Assembly (NCBI GenBank): GCA_023334545.1
Contig: JAADVB010000076.1
Span: 1 to 64,000 of the forward strand
Length of the DNA stretch: 64,000 nucleotides
From: Salisapilia sapeloensis CBS 127946
Lineage: Eukaryota > Protista > Oomycota
Direction: 5' to 3'
Position numbers and translations under genes: made by a program
Notes under the pieces: model-generated
Seen by the model: the letters and a program-made list of their open reading frames with translations, nothing else
What the model was told of the DNA's origin: nothing
Databases searched by the model: none
In this document: positions 1 to 12,468 of the stretch, one piece after another
How the letters are laid out: each line of letters begins with the position of its first letter
Position numbering within the stretch: position 1 is the first letter of the stretch

Positions 1-304
1 ACGAAGTTTTCCCGTAGTCCTCTGGCAGCAGTACAATACCAGAAGAGATGTGACATACTTATTCGTCTGGGACCCTGGTCACGAGGACAGCACGTCGTAT
101 GGGGACAGGTAACAACAGATCCGCTTGGATCCCAAAGAGGTAGCCGATGTAGTTTAATTCTGTAAAGGAGTTTTCTCTAAGCGGCTCTAAAGTCAATGGT
201 CTGATGCAATTGGTTCCATCCCAGCTCCTGTAATGCTGTGTAGATTGTTTCGTGATCCTGACACCATTTAAGACTCGTATTTTGAACTTCCAACTTTCCC
301 GCAT
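1..304 (-). mobile_element. Non-LTR retrotransposon ORF2 C-terminal fragment (zf-RVT-like CCHC region), frameshifted; continues off the left edge
   Basis: The minus strand near 1-70 reads (after a frameshift from ...VPDE) MSHLFWYCTAARGL, matching the E-x-x-x-H-L-F-W-x-C motif of L1/Tx1 ORF2 C-termini; ORF 59..304 is Trp-containing like the segment preceding it. Confidence 0.55.
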
Positions 305-508
305 CTTTAATTGCTGTGGAGAGCGCCTTTTTGATTAGACGACGGGAGTTATAAGAAGGCGTCGAACAGTACCAAGGTGAAATGAAGCGAGTGAGCTTTT
401 CTAGATAAGCGCTTCCTTGAAAGTCGTACCGTGCTGCTGCTGTATTATAGAGGTCAAGTCAATGGGAATTTAAATATCATCTACGAAGCAGTATAGGCTT
501 TTGGCCAA

Positions 509-1100
509 GTGCTCGAGTCTTCCGTGGATATCATACCACGGGACATCGGTGATTCTCTACACTTGTGGCTCGTATTCTTTGATGGTGGAAGTCGTGGTAA
601 CCCAGGCTGGGGTGGTGCTGGCGCGATCACAGTCAAAGCTTCCTTATGTTCCTTACATGCAGGGTTCTTTTGGGTGGGCAGCATGTCTTATGCGAGTCCA
701 GGTACGACAAACAATAATGCAGAGTACAATGGCCTAGTTACGGGCCTTCAAGTTGCACAAGAATTTCAGCTTCGAAATGTACATGTAATCGGTGAGAGTG
801 CTGTTATTCTGCGACAACTACGTCGGGGATACAGCCTAAAGCCAAACATCTACAACGCTGGTATCAACAAAGTTGAGATCTAGCTTGCTGCGTAAATGTC
901 TCATCATGGAACATTATCCCGAGCTTTCAACAAAATGGCAAATCTGGTCGCTAAAATCGCAATGGGTGCACACACAACTTCTAAACTCACACAGCGGACC
1001 CTATCCAGAATTTTCTCACGTCCAAAGATGGCTATCAAACAACATGCGCCAGTGGTACCTTTACGGATTCCATCGCAATTCGACCTTCGATTCAGACTCC
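509..1100 (+). mobile_element. Archaeal-type RNase H (aRNH) domain of an oomycete L1-like retrotransposon, frameshifted
   Basis: LWLVFFDGGSRGNPGWGGAG, TNNNAEYNGL and VHVIGES (Asp lost), then in other frames HHGTLSRAFNKMANLVAKIAM and WLSNNMRQW. Several frameshifts indicate a relic. Confidence 0.75.
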
Positions 1101-2461
1101 ACCAAGGCCTTCTCCCGTCTGAAGGGGAACGTTGTTGACACAAAGCCCACCCTCATCGGCTATTTCTCGTTCACTTTACTAGAGAAATATTGGCTAGATA
1201 ATCAGTATCTTAATAGATCGTTGGTTTCATATTAAAAAAGCACATCGATTAAACTATAAGATTTCCACTGAAGACGAATGTTGAAGTTGCCATGAAGGTC
1301 AAAGGACATCAGGAGAGTTCCGATCGATTTCCGCTGTAGAAATTAAATTCTCTTTCGAGTTTTTGCTTTCTACGTAAGAAGTCTAACATTTTATTATTTG
1401 ACCTCGCCTTGTTCTCGTATGCAGTCCAAGTCAGATCCATTGGACGTCAATCGAGAACTGAGAATTTGTGTGAAAGAAGCACTGGGATCATCCACTGCAC
1501 CCTGGCCGGTGGATGATAAATTTGCTCCTTTCCAGACTGCTGGCTCTTCTTTTTAAGGCATCAGTAGCAAAATTTGGCTGAGAAGCATAAAACGTTCTGG
1601 AGTACTTACGCGTCGCTGTTTCTCGAGATTGCGTACTACCATCCGACAAATGTCGTGGAAAGAAAGGCAATTCACAGCGGAAGACTGGTCTGTTGCGGCA
1701 GCAGGCATCATTGTCAAGTAATTTCATCGAGACGTTGGGCATAGAATTTGTCGCCCATAAAATATGTTAACCGGGTGCTGCGAATGCGTTGTTCTTTTTA
1801 AGACAGCCTATATCGCTAACCGACCTGTCCGAGGATGAGCTACAATTGCATCTATCTTATCTGCGCTACGACGCATGGCTGTCGCCGATCATGAATCGAC
1901 ACCGCTCAGCCTGGTGGCACATGCTACTGTATATGTAGCCGAATGATAGTGACGCCACACGACAGGAAGCTATAGTGTATGTGTCGGACGCCGCGAAAAC
2001 TCAGATCGCGACTACCAACTACGAGGATGGCTTCAATGGGACAAGGTGTGGATGGCATTGGACGCGGAACAGCCATGGACGCAAATGATCAACGATTTTT
2101 TAGCCCCGAATGATGAGCTACCACGTTGCCAAGTGACAACGATGAGACGTGACACGTCGGAAAGTGAAGAGCAGTTGTCCAGTACGAATATTAATTCTAT
2201 CCCAACAGTCAATCATGGTAAAACTATTGCTACGGAGGAGAGGATAGAAATGCCTGAAAGGTATTTAAAGTTTAATGTTGGTGGTGAACGAGAGCATATT
2301 GGATGGTGGGCCGATTGGGATGATGGCAATGATGATGATGAAATGAGCCTTGGAGACTTAAACAAATAGAGGCTTACGCGAAAGGGAAAAGGAAGACGCA
2401 CGAAGATGCATCCGAAAAAAACCAGTGGATACCTAGTCTAAGTAGTAGACTGAATAAATGA

Positions 2462-3420
2462 ATGAAAGTGAGGTACATTGGCATCGAGTTACTTACGATT
2501 CCTAAAGTCTGTCTTAGTGCGTTCATCAACGTGCTAGCCTATTTTATCTACTTCGCTTCGGGTCGTTCTTGTAGGTGTTGCAGGCGCTGCAACTTCTTAT
2601 GCTGCCTTGAGATGACTGCCCTGAGCTCCTTGGTAAGCAGGGCCTGGAGTTGTTGCTGTGTTAGCTGCCAGTTTTGAAGAGTCTTCTGATTGGCAGCCTA
2701 TCGTATCCAGTCCTCTAAGGTTGGCCGGAGATTTGCTTTCGTTGTGTCCTCGGCTTATTGTCGGATAGGATAGTACTGCACCCGTCCAGGTTGCTGTCGT
2801 TCCTCGGTCGTTGTGCTCACTTTCATAAGGACACTTTGATGACCGGACTGTAAGGCAGGTAATTCAATCGAAATTAAACGAACGCTCCATTCTTGCAGCC
2901 GGATATACGGTCGGTCTAGGCGGCTCGCACTCTTTTTGGTCCAGTAGGTATACCTTTGGTGATAATCCCGAGGGTCGGCATCCACGTCTAGGTGAGGGAT
3001 GTGCGTGGCATCAGCGAGGTCCCATTCCCCGATGAGTTGCTCTAGCTCTTTGCTCTCAGGTGGACCGGAACCTGGGATCCCAGTTTTAAGTCTGCCCAAT
3101 GCCGGACCCAGTACACAGTTGAAGCCGCCCACAAGAATACATTCCCTCTGAGTGCGCCATTTTCTATGGAGCTTGAGACAGAATTTGTGCTGGAAGACGC
3201 CTGGCCCGAGTGCGTAGACATTGGTGATGCCAATGTCTTTGTATGTTATGCCAATCACGTGTGCAATGGCCTGTTCCGGATTTAGAGCTTTTACGTGGTG
3301 CGTGGTATGAGGTGATAAGAGTATTCTCACACCCGCGGTAGTCGTAGAGTTTCCGCTCCAGTAAGACATCACTTTGCCATGGAGAAGTACTCCCCACATA
3401 CTACACCACCTGTGGTCCAA
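2462..3420 (-). mobile_element. LINE APE-type endonuclease domain plus start of the coiled linker, inactivated
   Basis: ITNVYA, ILVGGFNCVL (GDFN>GGFN), YTYW..SASRLDR and SGHQSV (SDH>SGH) motifs in ORF 2755..3420, followed by a basic helical linker with stops down to about 2460. Confidence 0.8.
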
Positions 3421-6400
3421 TTCCTCCCGGTCGTGCTGGGTAAGGGGTTAAGTCTCCTGCAGCAAAAGGATATTGGGCCGATGAGCGGTATGCAGCGCAT
3501 GCTAGCCCTTGAAACACTCGGTTCGTGATTTAACAGTGAAGCCCCGGACGTTCTACGAGAGATGAGCGAGCTGGTGTCGAGTTGGGGGTATTTGTGGATG
3601 GTGGAAGGAGTGGTGAATGGATGAGTATTTCTCAAACAAAGCGGCATCCATCTACACCTCGTTTGTGTCCTCCAAGATGCAAAGGGCGAGTTAAAGGGTT
3701 GGTTTTCATCTCTGGACTTGCTGTTGATGGCCACGAAGTGGTCATCTAGCAAGTGATAAGGGAAGAAGTTGAGTTCCACTTGAATGATATATTAGAGTGA
3801 TTTCAGATCCAAGCAGGAGTAAACACAGGCCGCGAGGCTGTACCAGGACCTTTCGCCCGTGTTCGTGGTGAGACCGTAAACATTGTTAGAGTTACGTTCA
3901 TAGGTGAGAGCAGTCAACACCCAAGACGTTAGCGTTGTAGCTGGTTGATTTTTCTACCAACTGAGTTCGAGGTCAGTGAGTGCTGCGTAGCAGAGGTCGG
4001 CAAGTTTGGCGCCGCTAAGGACAGTCGATGAAGAGTCTCCTGCGAACGATTGTCCCTCATCTATTTGTTCCTGTAGGAGAGTTGCATCCTCGATTGTATT
4101 GCACTCTGCTAGTTTGAGAGGAAGCACATCTAGCACAATTTATTGGCGGAGATAGATTGCAGCAATGGTAGCTTTGGCTTGAGATAGCTGCCCAAGAACA
4201 TGGAACGATCGTGGGAACTTGCATAGGACAGAGAACAACTGCGTGGTGTCTCGGCCTACGGCCGTTTTCTAAACGGTGAAATCGTTCGAGGTCAGAGGAA
4301 AGCGTGCGGGACCTTTTTAAGTTGCTTGCTGACCGTTCCAAAGCTCATCTAACCGAGTATCAAACTGGCGGGGCAATGTGGCAAAATTTTTTGAGGAGGC
4401 CCGGTCGGCACAATACGACCCGGACTTTATCTTCCGCTTCAATGGGCTTGCCAAGTGAGTGGTTGACAATAGTGCCGGCTTCCATCTTAAACTTTTGACT
4501 CCAGCGTTGGATGGTGAAATCCGTCTCATTGCTCACGGCTGCGACTCTTTGAAGACTCTCCCAATTTTCAAGTTCAAGGTTAGCGATGTGCTTCTGTCCC
4601 TCCGGCTTGAGAGCGAAAAGGACAGATGGGACGACTTCCATTATTATCTTTAATCTGGTTGGGAAGTTAGCCACCACGTGGGTGAGGTGTTGCTTTCAAT
4701 TGCAGTTAATTTCGGGTGTTGAAGCGCCTGCTGCATCATCTCCGGGTTTCACTCCCAACTTGGATCCGTCCATGGTTTGGATAGCGATGCATCCGCATCG
4801 CCGCTGGCCATGTTTTCTAAGAATTTGTTTTATATCGCCGGCCATGTCTGCATCGTTGTCACTTCCTGCATCCTGATCTGTATATTCAACCTGCCCTGCA
4901 GAGCTCGCCGGGGCTGCTGCCAGATGAGGGAGCTATAGTGATTACCATTGAAATATAGGACCATGTGGCGATTTATCTCGCGAACCACTTGTCTCAATTA
5001 ATTCGGTGAGCTAATTTACGCTCGCAAAACACGATTGTGTAGTAGAAGGAAACTTAAGAAGTGGAGTATAGACAAGATCTACCTATGGCTTTTCTATCTA
5101 GACTAGCTTTCCATCATATTTTTCTGGGTTACCATTGGCCAGCTAGACCTTCCACCATAGATCTAGAACGCTACTTGAAGAGTATACATTCTGATTGAAG
5201 CATGTAGCTACCTGCCACATTCGGCTTGTCACTCTGGACAGTTCTGTTAGAACAACGGCAACGGCCTTAGAGCGCAATCGGCATCCGATTTTCTACTGCC
5301 TGTTGTGACGTATGATGCGCCTATAAAGGTGCTGGATGTTAGTGATCACTACTTAGTCTCAAGGAAGACGTACCGCAGTATACGACAAACTTTTCATCCT
5401 TTCCTTCCTTCCTTCCTAGTTCGGCTTGTAGGGCTATGGCGCAGCTAGTCGGATCGAGGCTGAATTCCTTACAGGTGCGACCCGCTGCATGTTTGGTGGA
5501 AGCCTCCGTGGTATACTGCCCGAATGTGTGGTGTTACGTGTCCGTACTCGCATCCAGAACAGATGTCGCCCTATTGAGGAGAATTGCTGCCATACGCAAT
5601 GTAGCAGACGATCCCCGTAGGCGGGATAGTAGGTACCCATCAAGCGAGCTCAATGAGATCGCTGGTTAGTCGAAGAAGCTGTGGAGACATTAACGAGAAT
5701 TGGGCGCAGTGAAGTAGCTGCCAGGCCATTCAAGTGCACCAAGAATCTGTTATCTGATCCCGTGTGGAAATTCCTGAACGAATCCCAGCTTAGCTGCCGT
5801 AGTGATGCCTTTCTTGAGAGTGGCGGTCAGTCTCGCAAATTCCATGGGATGGTCGTGACGAAACGATCAGAGTTGAAGAGTCCTTGAATCAGGGCATAAA
5901 ACTGACGATTGCCATTCGCGGGCGTGTTGTTCCTGTAAAGGTAGCAGTCCGATAAATTGTTCTAAGAGACGAGGTGCGGGTAAATGAAGTGCCCAGTGAA
6001 GGTGGGTTGACCAACTCGACCACTTGTAGGCTGCCCAGTGCTTTCGGCTTTAATCCCATCCGAGATGTACCAGCCGTCCGCATTGGTACTTCCGGGGATT
6101 TACTGATAGACAGACCCGTATGATCATTGCCCGACTGGGTGTGGTGGTCAGGACAGGATTGTCCGAAGGGGCTACGCGTACCTGTTGGCTCGGAAGGCTC
6201 GTTGAAATGCCCAGAGTCGCCAGTGAGGTCAACTATACTATCCTGTGAAGATTTCACGCGCAATCTGTTCGGTTTGGCGCGATGACTTTTCTTCTTGTTG
6301 CCCTTCCGGGGTGTTTCAGATGTAATTTCCTAGGTGATGTCGGTGGGAAAGTCGATTGTGAGCCCTTTCCGAGCTTCCATGGTGTGGGCGATGTGTTAGA

Positions 6401-8531
6401 GTTAGCGTCCGCGTTGTCAGATGACGGTGATTTTAAAGCCGTGCTAGAGTCCGCAGTGTCGGCGCCAGAGGCGGCCGGGATGGGGGAGATGTAAGTGCCT
6501 CCCAGAACTCTTATAAGGAGGTAAAATGGTTGATAGAAGGATATTTGGTCGCGACATCCTGTGGCGAAATCGTTAAGGTGATTTGCGGTCTTTCAGCCAC
6601 GCTTACCCCTGGAAACTGTTAGTGCAGGTGATTTGTGGAGCCATAGACGTGGCACATTGCCTCCGGTCCGCTCTGATAGTGGTGGACGAGAAGACGCTTC
6701 CTTTCCAGGAATGGGGACATCGATGTGTGACGAAGAACACATTCCAGTGGAGCGAATGCCGCCCTGGATCTCCAAACAAATCATGACCGAAGTAGGCTTC
6801 CGTGTCCCCAAACTCCTACTTGCCGAAGTAGTCCATGATTTCCTTCATTTCGATATACAACCGGCAACGCACCCTTGATGGCATACCAGACGATAGGCAG
6901 CAGCACTGTCGCATCCAACTTATTAATGCATCCAGCTTCATCGAGTCTGGACAGGGCTTTGCTTCGATGGTTTGGTCACAACAAGCGTAAAGAGTTTGCT
7001 CCAGAAGGCGGTCTAAAAGCCATTCCATCTGGAGGCCATCTCCCTTGTGTAGGTGGTGAGGTGTATGGTGTGGAACGTAGTATTTTATTCAAGCTTGCGT
7101 GCGTCTCCACAGCACTCTGGGAGATTTTCGGGATTCCAACCCCATGCTTGGACCGACACCCGTATTGAGGTTTTCAGTCTTTTCGAATCCTAGAAACTGT
7201 GGAAAACTTTGTCTTCCGCCGAGAGGTGAGCTACCGATTCGCCTACTAACTATGCTTCCATAGTAAGACGGAAGCGGTGAAGGTTCTCGGGGTTATAAAT
7301 TCTCTTGGCGAACTGAGGGACATGTTTAACAATGATTCTTCTTTCCAGGGTGCCCGTTAGGATCTTACTTACTACCGCAGTCGGTTTACGTAAGGTTTGC
7401 GGGAATTTGAGCTTCCTCGCACAGTAAGAGTGGAACTCGTGTTGCTTCTCTTACGAGTAGTCGGCTGGCGAGCTAAACCCAAATCGCCTTCACTCGCTAT
7501 GCTCGCAGTGCGAGAGGCTTCCCCTTTGATTGCCCTTTGCTCCCAAACAGTCGTGGTCGTGGTCGTGAGAATAGTAGTAAGTTTTTCGATTCTTGCGATG
7601 AGCATGGATTTGGTACTCCACTTCGACCGCTGGAGTGCGTGGATGATGCCTTTAAAGTACAGACACCAGCTAGAGTGCGTCAAGGGCGGCCTGGGTAGTA
7701 TGGCTGGGCATTACGAGGAAGTGGGGTGGTTCGCAATTACTAGTCCCACGAGAAGCTCTACCTGACGACGATATATCGGCGAGCGTTTGCTAGGGCGTTC
7801 CAGTGGGGTGATCCTGAGTTTCATGTTTGCGACGTGTTTCCAGCGTAGTAGATCCTTTAACAGGGAACCTTCATGCCGAAGTAGTGAGAAAGCACGTTGT
7901 ATGTTAACCACGTTTCCGTCCGCTGTGAGGAGTCCTATCGTTGGAAGCTCTGCATGCGGAAGGCATTCTAGACAGAAAGCTCCATACATGCTAAGTCTAT
8001 ATTGCTGGACAAGAAGCAGTTCGACGTGATGACGAATATATTCATCGAGGGTAACCTTATTGTACGATCCAAAGAATCAAGCCTTCATGCTAGACAAGTG
8101 CTATAATTGGGACAGCAATCGATCCTCTCCTCCGTTCTTGGTGCCAAGGTTCTTTACACCCACATTGTGAAGACGAACCCATTCACGCGGATATCCTCTT
8201 TCGAGTATGGTGACGTATCCTATCTGCAGGTGCCCGCTTTTCGTGGCAGTCAGAGTCCGCTCAGCATTGCCAGCAGGGTTGCCAACAGCCGGAAACGTAC
8301 AGAAACCTCTTCTTAGAATGCCTAGTAGCGTTCGAAACTTGGACTGACCTGGCAAAGCCTTGGGATACTTTCATCTCGTCTGACCCGGGCTGGCCACAAA
8401 TACTGATGCAAACGAACCTTGTACTGCAACCCCAATGGCTGGGCACCAAAAGTAATGTTACGATACTCTAGCGCCTTCAATGTCCTATTACGATGCGCCA
8501 ATCCTGGCTCGCAAGGAACGATACTAAACAT
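3421..8531 (-). mobile_element. Degenerate coding relic upstream of the APE domain, probably ORF1/5' part of the same LINE (or nested TE debris)
   Basis: A chain of short, stop- and frameshift-broken minus-strand ORFs (e.g. 3369..3779, 3954..4136, 4360..4677, 6816..7028, 7372..7989, 8101..8531) collinear with the APE. No recognisable host gene. Confidence 0.3.
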
Positions 8532-9055
8532 TAAAATTGTCCAACGCCGCCCTCGTCAAGCCTGAGCCACGCCTCCTGGTTCACTCTCCTCACATACATA
8601 CGACTATTCCTCACAACATCGCTCGGCGTGTACCTCGACGTCCGCTTCCTTACAGCTTTCCACCAACAACTAAAAAATCATCACGCTACACCATAGCACA
8701 CATAACGGACGCTGCACAAAATGAATTCCAATTAAATAGATCTAGAACAATTAATAGACACGTGATGAGCATACCTTGGTATTTTATCAACAATCGATTG
8801 TATGGTTAATACTATATCGTCTCAAAATAGAGACCATAAATACAGCACTACTATAGCGTATGAATTGTCATACGATAAGTAATTAAGAAATGAGGTGATA
8901 GTCGCGGGTTTCAGCATTTAATTTAGCCTATGCAAATTAGGGAATTTTCTAATTTGCGGAGCTGTATATCAGCCACACATTTTCCGCAGGTCCAGCTCCA
9001 AATCTCTCATTCTTCTTTTATCGACAGAGAACGCAAGTACATCTACATCTGCGCA

Positions 9056-9409
9056 ATGACCGAATTCGAGGTAGCTGGACAGACGGGCGACAGTGCCAAG
9101 GGGGCAAAGATCTTCAAGACGAAGTGCTCGCAGTGCCACACCGTCAACCCTGGCGGACCCCACAAGCAGGGCCCGAACCTCAACGGTCTGATGAACCGTC
9201 AGTCTGGCCAGGCCGAGGGATACTCGTACTCGACGGCTAACAAGAACTCTGGTGTTATCTGGACCGACGAGACGCTCTTCGAGTACCTCCAGGCCCCGAA
9301 GAAGTACATCAAGGGCACCAAGATGGTGTTTGCCGGCCTTAAGAAGGCCAACGAGCGTCGTGACTTGATCGCCTACCTTATGGAGTCCACGGACCCGAAC
9401 GCCGCCTAA
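9056..9409 (+). CDS. CYC1: Mitochondrial cytochrome c (117 aa)
   Basis: [18 protein letters not shown] (CxxCH heme site), [14 protein letters not shown] (Met ligand). ATG at 9056 is used rather than the ORF-track upstream start. Confidence 0.98.
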   Translation: MTEFEVAGQTGDSAKGAKIFKTKCSQCHTVNPGGPHKQGPNLNGLMNRQSGQAEGYSYSTANKNSGVIWTDETLFEYLQAPKKYIKGTKMVFAGLKKANERRDLIAYLMESTDPNAA

Positions 9410-9607
9410 GCTGTTAACTTGGATCAGTAAAGCGACTTTCCTACTGTAATTTTCTTTTAGCTTCTAGAGACTTTGCAAGCCGAATACAATCGTCTCAATC
9501 TTGACTAGAAAGCGTGTTCGTTTTGGTTCAGTTAACGGGTGAAGCGACAGCTGGGTTCTGTACCAGTGTCGTACCAAAGTATCTTTGAACTATCTGCCTC
9601 GTCGCAC

Positions 9608-11217
9608 TTAATCTTGCTTTGTCTTGGCTCGGCGCTTCTGCCGCCATCGCTTACCCTCTCGAACAAGGCCCACAATGAACGGCAGGAGAAGGGGTGCCAG
9701 CAACGGAGCGTATACGCCGAATATCTGTTCCTGGGGAAAGTAGAGCTGCCGGATCATCGTGTGGTCATAGTGCACGTATTGGGCGTATTGGTTTGCCTTG
9801 CGCACCGACCGCAGTCGCTCAAATGGAGTCAATTCTTGTGGGAAGAGTGCGCTTTCGAGTAAATCGACGGCAGTCTCCATCTTGAGCCGGACGTCCTCCA
9901 AGACACTCATCTCCGGCAAGGTGTCCACCAACTGGACGATGGACGTCAGCGTCTGAATACTGTCCGTCGCAAGGTGGTTCAGTTGGCGTTGGACGAGTAC
10001 ATCCAGCTCCCAGTCGGCCACACCATCTCTTGGCGATGGCAGAAACACATACTTGTCCTGCTCCGTTCGTTGACGAGTGGCAAACGACGGCAGGTACAGC
10101 AGTGTCCGTAGGTGGGTGAGGAAGAGTTGCATCAGTCGTCGCTCTTCCGTACTTTTCTCTCCCATCGTGAGCTTGTGGGGGTCGAGGATGACCACAGCGC
10201 CGTAGCCAGGGATCTCAAACGCCCTCTTCTTATCGTTGCTTCCATCGTCAATGTAGAGAGGCGAGTGGGAGAGCGTCGGCAGAGCTGCTGTCAGGTGCAG
10301 CACCTGCTCTCTGTCCTCCGTCACGGATGCTGCCAAGTAGTCATTTGCGCTTTTGAACTGCATGCATGTAAAATAAGAGCCTGAGCATGTAAATTAAAAC
10401 GAAGAAGACGTACATGTCGAAGAGTTTCGACCGACACGACGGACGCGTTTTCGATTGCAGGATGAGGTCGGATCGGATGACCGATGCCTGCATAGTACAA
10501 GGTCTCTGTCTCGTAGGAGAAGGACGCCACTGGCTCCATCTTGGACAAGAACGGGCTCAAGTATCTCTGGTGGAGTGTATCTAGGTCCCACTGCCACTCG
10601 ACATCTACGTCTTCCTTTAGCAGAGTGAACTCTAGGCGGTAGTTGGAAGACAGTCCAGCTCGCCGTCCACTGGAGATTGCGTCCTCTTTCCCACTGTTCC
10701 AATGGGTTTGCACTAGATCCTTCACAGTCGACTCGACCTCACTGCTACCTTCCACACCACCACACACCTCCTTTGCCCGGAAGGCATGACGGTACTTGCC
10801 CACAGTGGTCTGTGGCGGCATAAAAGGGAAATGCATGCCGCATAAGAGGACGAAAGAGAAGGCTGTGGATGGTGGCAGTATCGTATCCAGGACATCATCC
10901 AGCTCTTGTAGATCCTTTGCTTCCTGCACTCGAGTTGCCTGCTCTGGTTCCAATGCAACAGAAACCAAATAGTAGTCTACACCCTTGTCCTTTGACCATA
11001 TCCTTCTCTTCTCCTGCTCAGCTGCTCCGATCGTAATGACATTGATAGTGCGCTGTTCTCGCACCACGCCCCTTGCGTCTGCGTTTTCATGCAATCGATC
11101 AATGCGATCGATAGGTAGAGCCTGACGCTCCACCTGTGTGAATTGATATGCAAACGGTGCAATGCATAGTGCGTAGAGAACAAAGCACCCGACGATCTGG
11201 AGGCGCGTGCCGGCCAT
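9608..11217 (-). CDS. PIGS: GPI transamidase subunit PIG-S/Gpi17 (2 exons; intron 10358..10413)
   Basis: N-terminal TM, GAVVILD, WELDVLV, HYDHTMIRQLYFP..Q.FGVYAPLLAPLLLP and a basic tail. A GT..AG phase-0 intron joins the two ORFs in frame. Confidence 0.9.
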
Positions 11218-11359
11218 CGTCCGGTCGGGTAGCTCGTTGCTCTTTTCTTGTTGGAGACAGCTCTTTCTGCGCATTTAGTGTCATGTAGCGCTTAAGTAGT
11301 TCTACCAGCAAGAAAGCCAGGAGCGCAAGGTACAAGGAGTTCTATTAAATCTTATGTGC

Positions 11360-11794
11360 CTAGTATTCTTCGTACTTGGACCCCTTCCGCATGCGCTTCC
11401 ATTCTTTCTTCTGTTGCTTGTACATTTCCTTTTGCATCTGATGATTGCCGTAGTGGACGCCAGGATTCATCACGTAGTTTTGTGGAGAAGGATGACCACC
11501 GCTATGACCTGTTCCATAATCTGATCCAGAGTACATCGCAGGCGTCGATGACATGCTTGAGCCTCCATAAAGTGCCTGTGCGTACATCAGTCGTCCTTGC
11601 TGGGCATAGTACGCCTGCGAGTGCGCCGCTTGCTGCTGGGCGTTATAGGCATAGTTCGGAAGATACATGTGCTGAGGAGGGTACGCTCGGTTCGTCGGAA
11701 GAGGTGCCATCGGATAGCCTGGCGAGTACCTGTTCGAGCTCATCGGCCGCGTATCGACTTGTTGTACTACGCCTTTCCGTCGAAATAGGTCCAT
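11360..11794 (-). CDS. Small Q/Y/G/S/P-rich low-complexity protein with a basic C-terminal helix; unknown function
   Basis: Open frame with ATG at 11794 and strongly biased composition (YAYNAQQQAAHSQAYYAQQG...; QKEMYKQQKKEWKRMRK). It is divergent from PEN-2. The 3' end may be spliced differently. Confidence 0.6.
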   Translation of the reverse strand: MDLFRRKGVVQQVDTRPMSSNRYSPGYPMAPLPTNRAYPPQHMYLPNYAYNAQQQAAHSQAYYAQQGRLMYAQALYGGSSMSSTPAMYSGSDYGTGHSGGHPSPQNYVMNPGVHYGNHQMQKEMYKQQKKEWKRMRKGSKYEEY

Positions 11795-11873
11795 TTGAGG
11801 GCTGTCCTGGAAAAAGCGCAATCTAACATGTTCGAAACCGGCTTGTGCCGAAAGAACCAGTTTCTAGCACGAG

Positions 11874-12325
11874 ATGGCGGACGACCCGAACACACCCGTC
11901 TTGGAAGAGCAGCGGACGTCGCGACAAGCCGCTAGCGAAGCTCCCCAAGAAAGCAACAACCGGGGTAACTTTACTCGGAACGTCAGCAAAGAAACGGATG
12001 AGCAGATCGCTCGCAAAATCTTCTTCGGAGGACTCGTCTTCCTCCCATGGCTTCATCTTGTCAACATCATTTACTTTCGCAAGCAATTCTTTGACGCCCA
12101 GATCGATGCGCCCGTCACAATGTGTACGTCCTCTAGCTCCAATCTTCTCCTGTAAAGCATGTAGTTACTCTCCCCATAGGGACGCGACGGAGCATGCTGA
12201 GCTTTTGCTTCTTCTCGGTGCTCTTCATCGCGTGGGTGCTCGTCGTGCAGCTCGGGTGGGAAGACTTGGGTCTCTCTAGCGTCATGATGAATATTCCACC
12301 AGAGAACCTAGACAAGGGCTGGTAG
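11874..12325 (+). CDS. PEN2: Gamma-secretase subunit PEN-2 (intron 12124..12179)
   Basis: IARKIFFGGLVFLPWLHLVNIIYF, then after splicing WTRRSMLSFCFFSVLFIAWVLVVQ, giving the two-hydrophobic-segment PEN-2 pattern. Confidence 0.9.
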
Positions 12326-12468
12326 TCTCCTGAATTAAATAAAGCGTGTTTCCATCTTTACTCTAGCTTGTGACCTACAGTCTTCCTACAGTAGTGGTAA
12401 AGAGGGCATTCTGTAGTTTATAGACCCAACGCTATTGCCGACAACAAAGCACGAGATCCTGGTACAGC

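Noticed and set aside
5397-5417. (TTCC)n microsatellite
   Set aside because: Only about 5 units inside TE debris; unremarkable.
8930-9055. 42-aa N-terminal extension of cytochrome c in the ORF track
   Set aside because: It overlaps the promoter/5' UTR region with an Inr-like TCATTC. Homology begins at ATG 9056, and cytochrome c has no presequence.
11099-11335. Short hydrophobic ORF (YLALLAFLLVELLKR) upstream of PIG-S
   Set aside because: It has no ATG start, runs into the PIG-S coding region out of frame, and no splice from the 11360 gene gives this frame.
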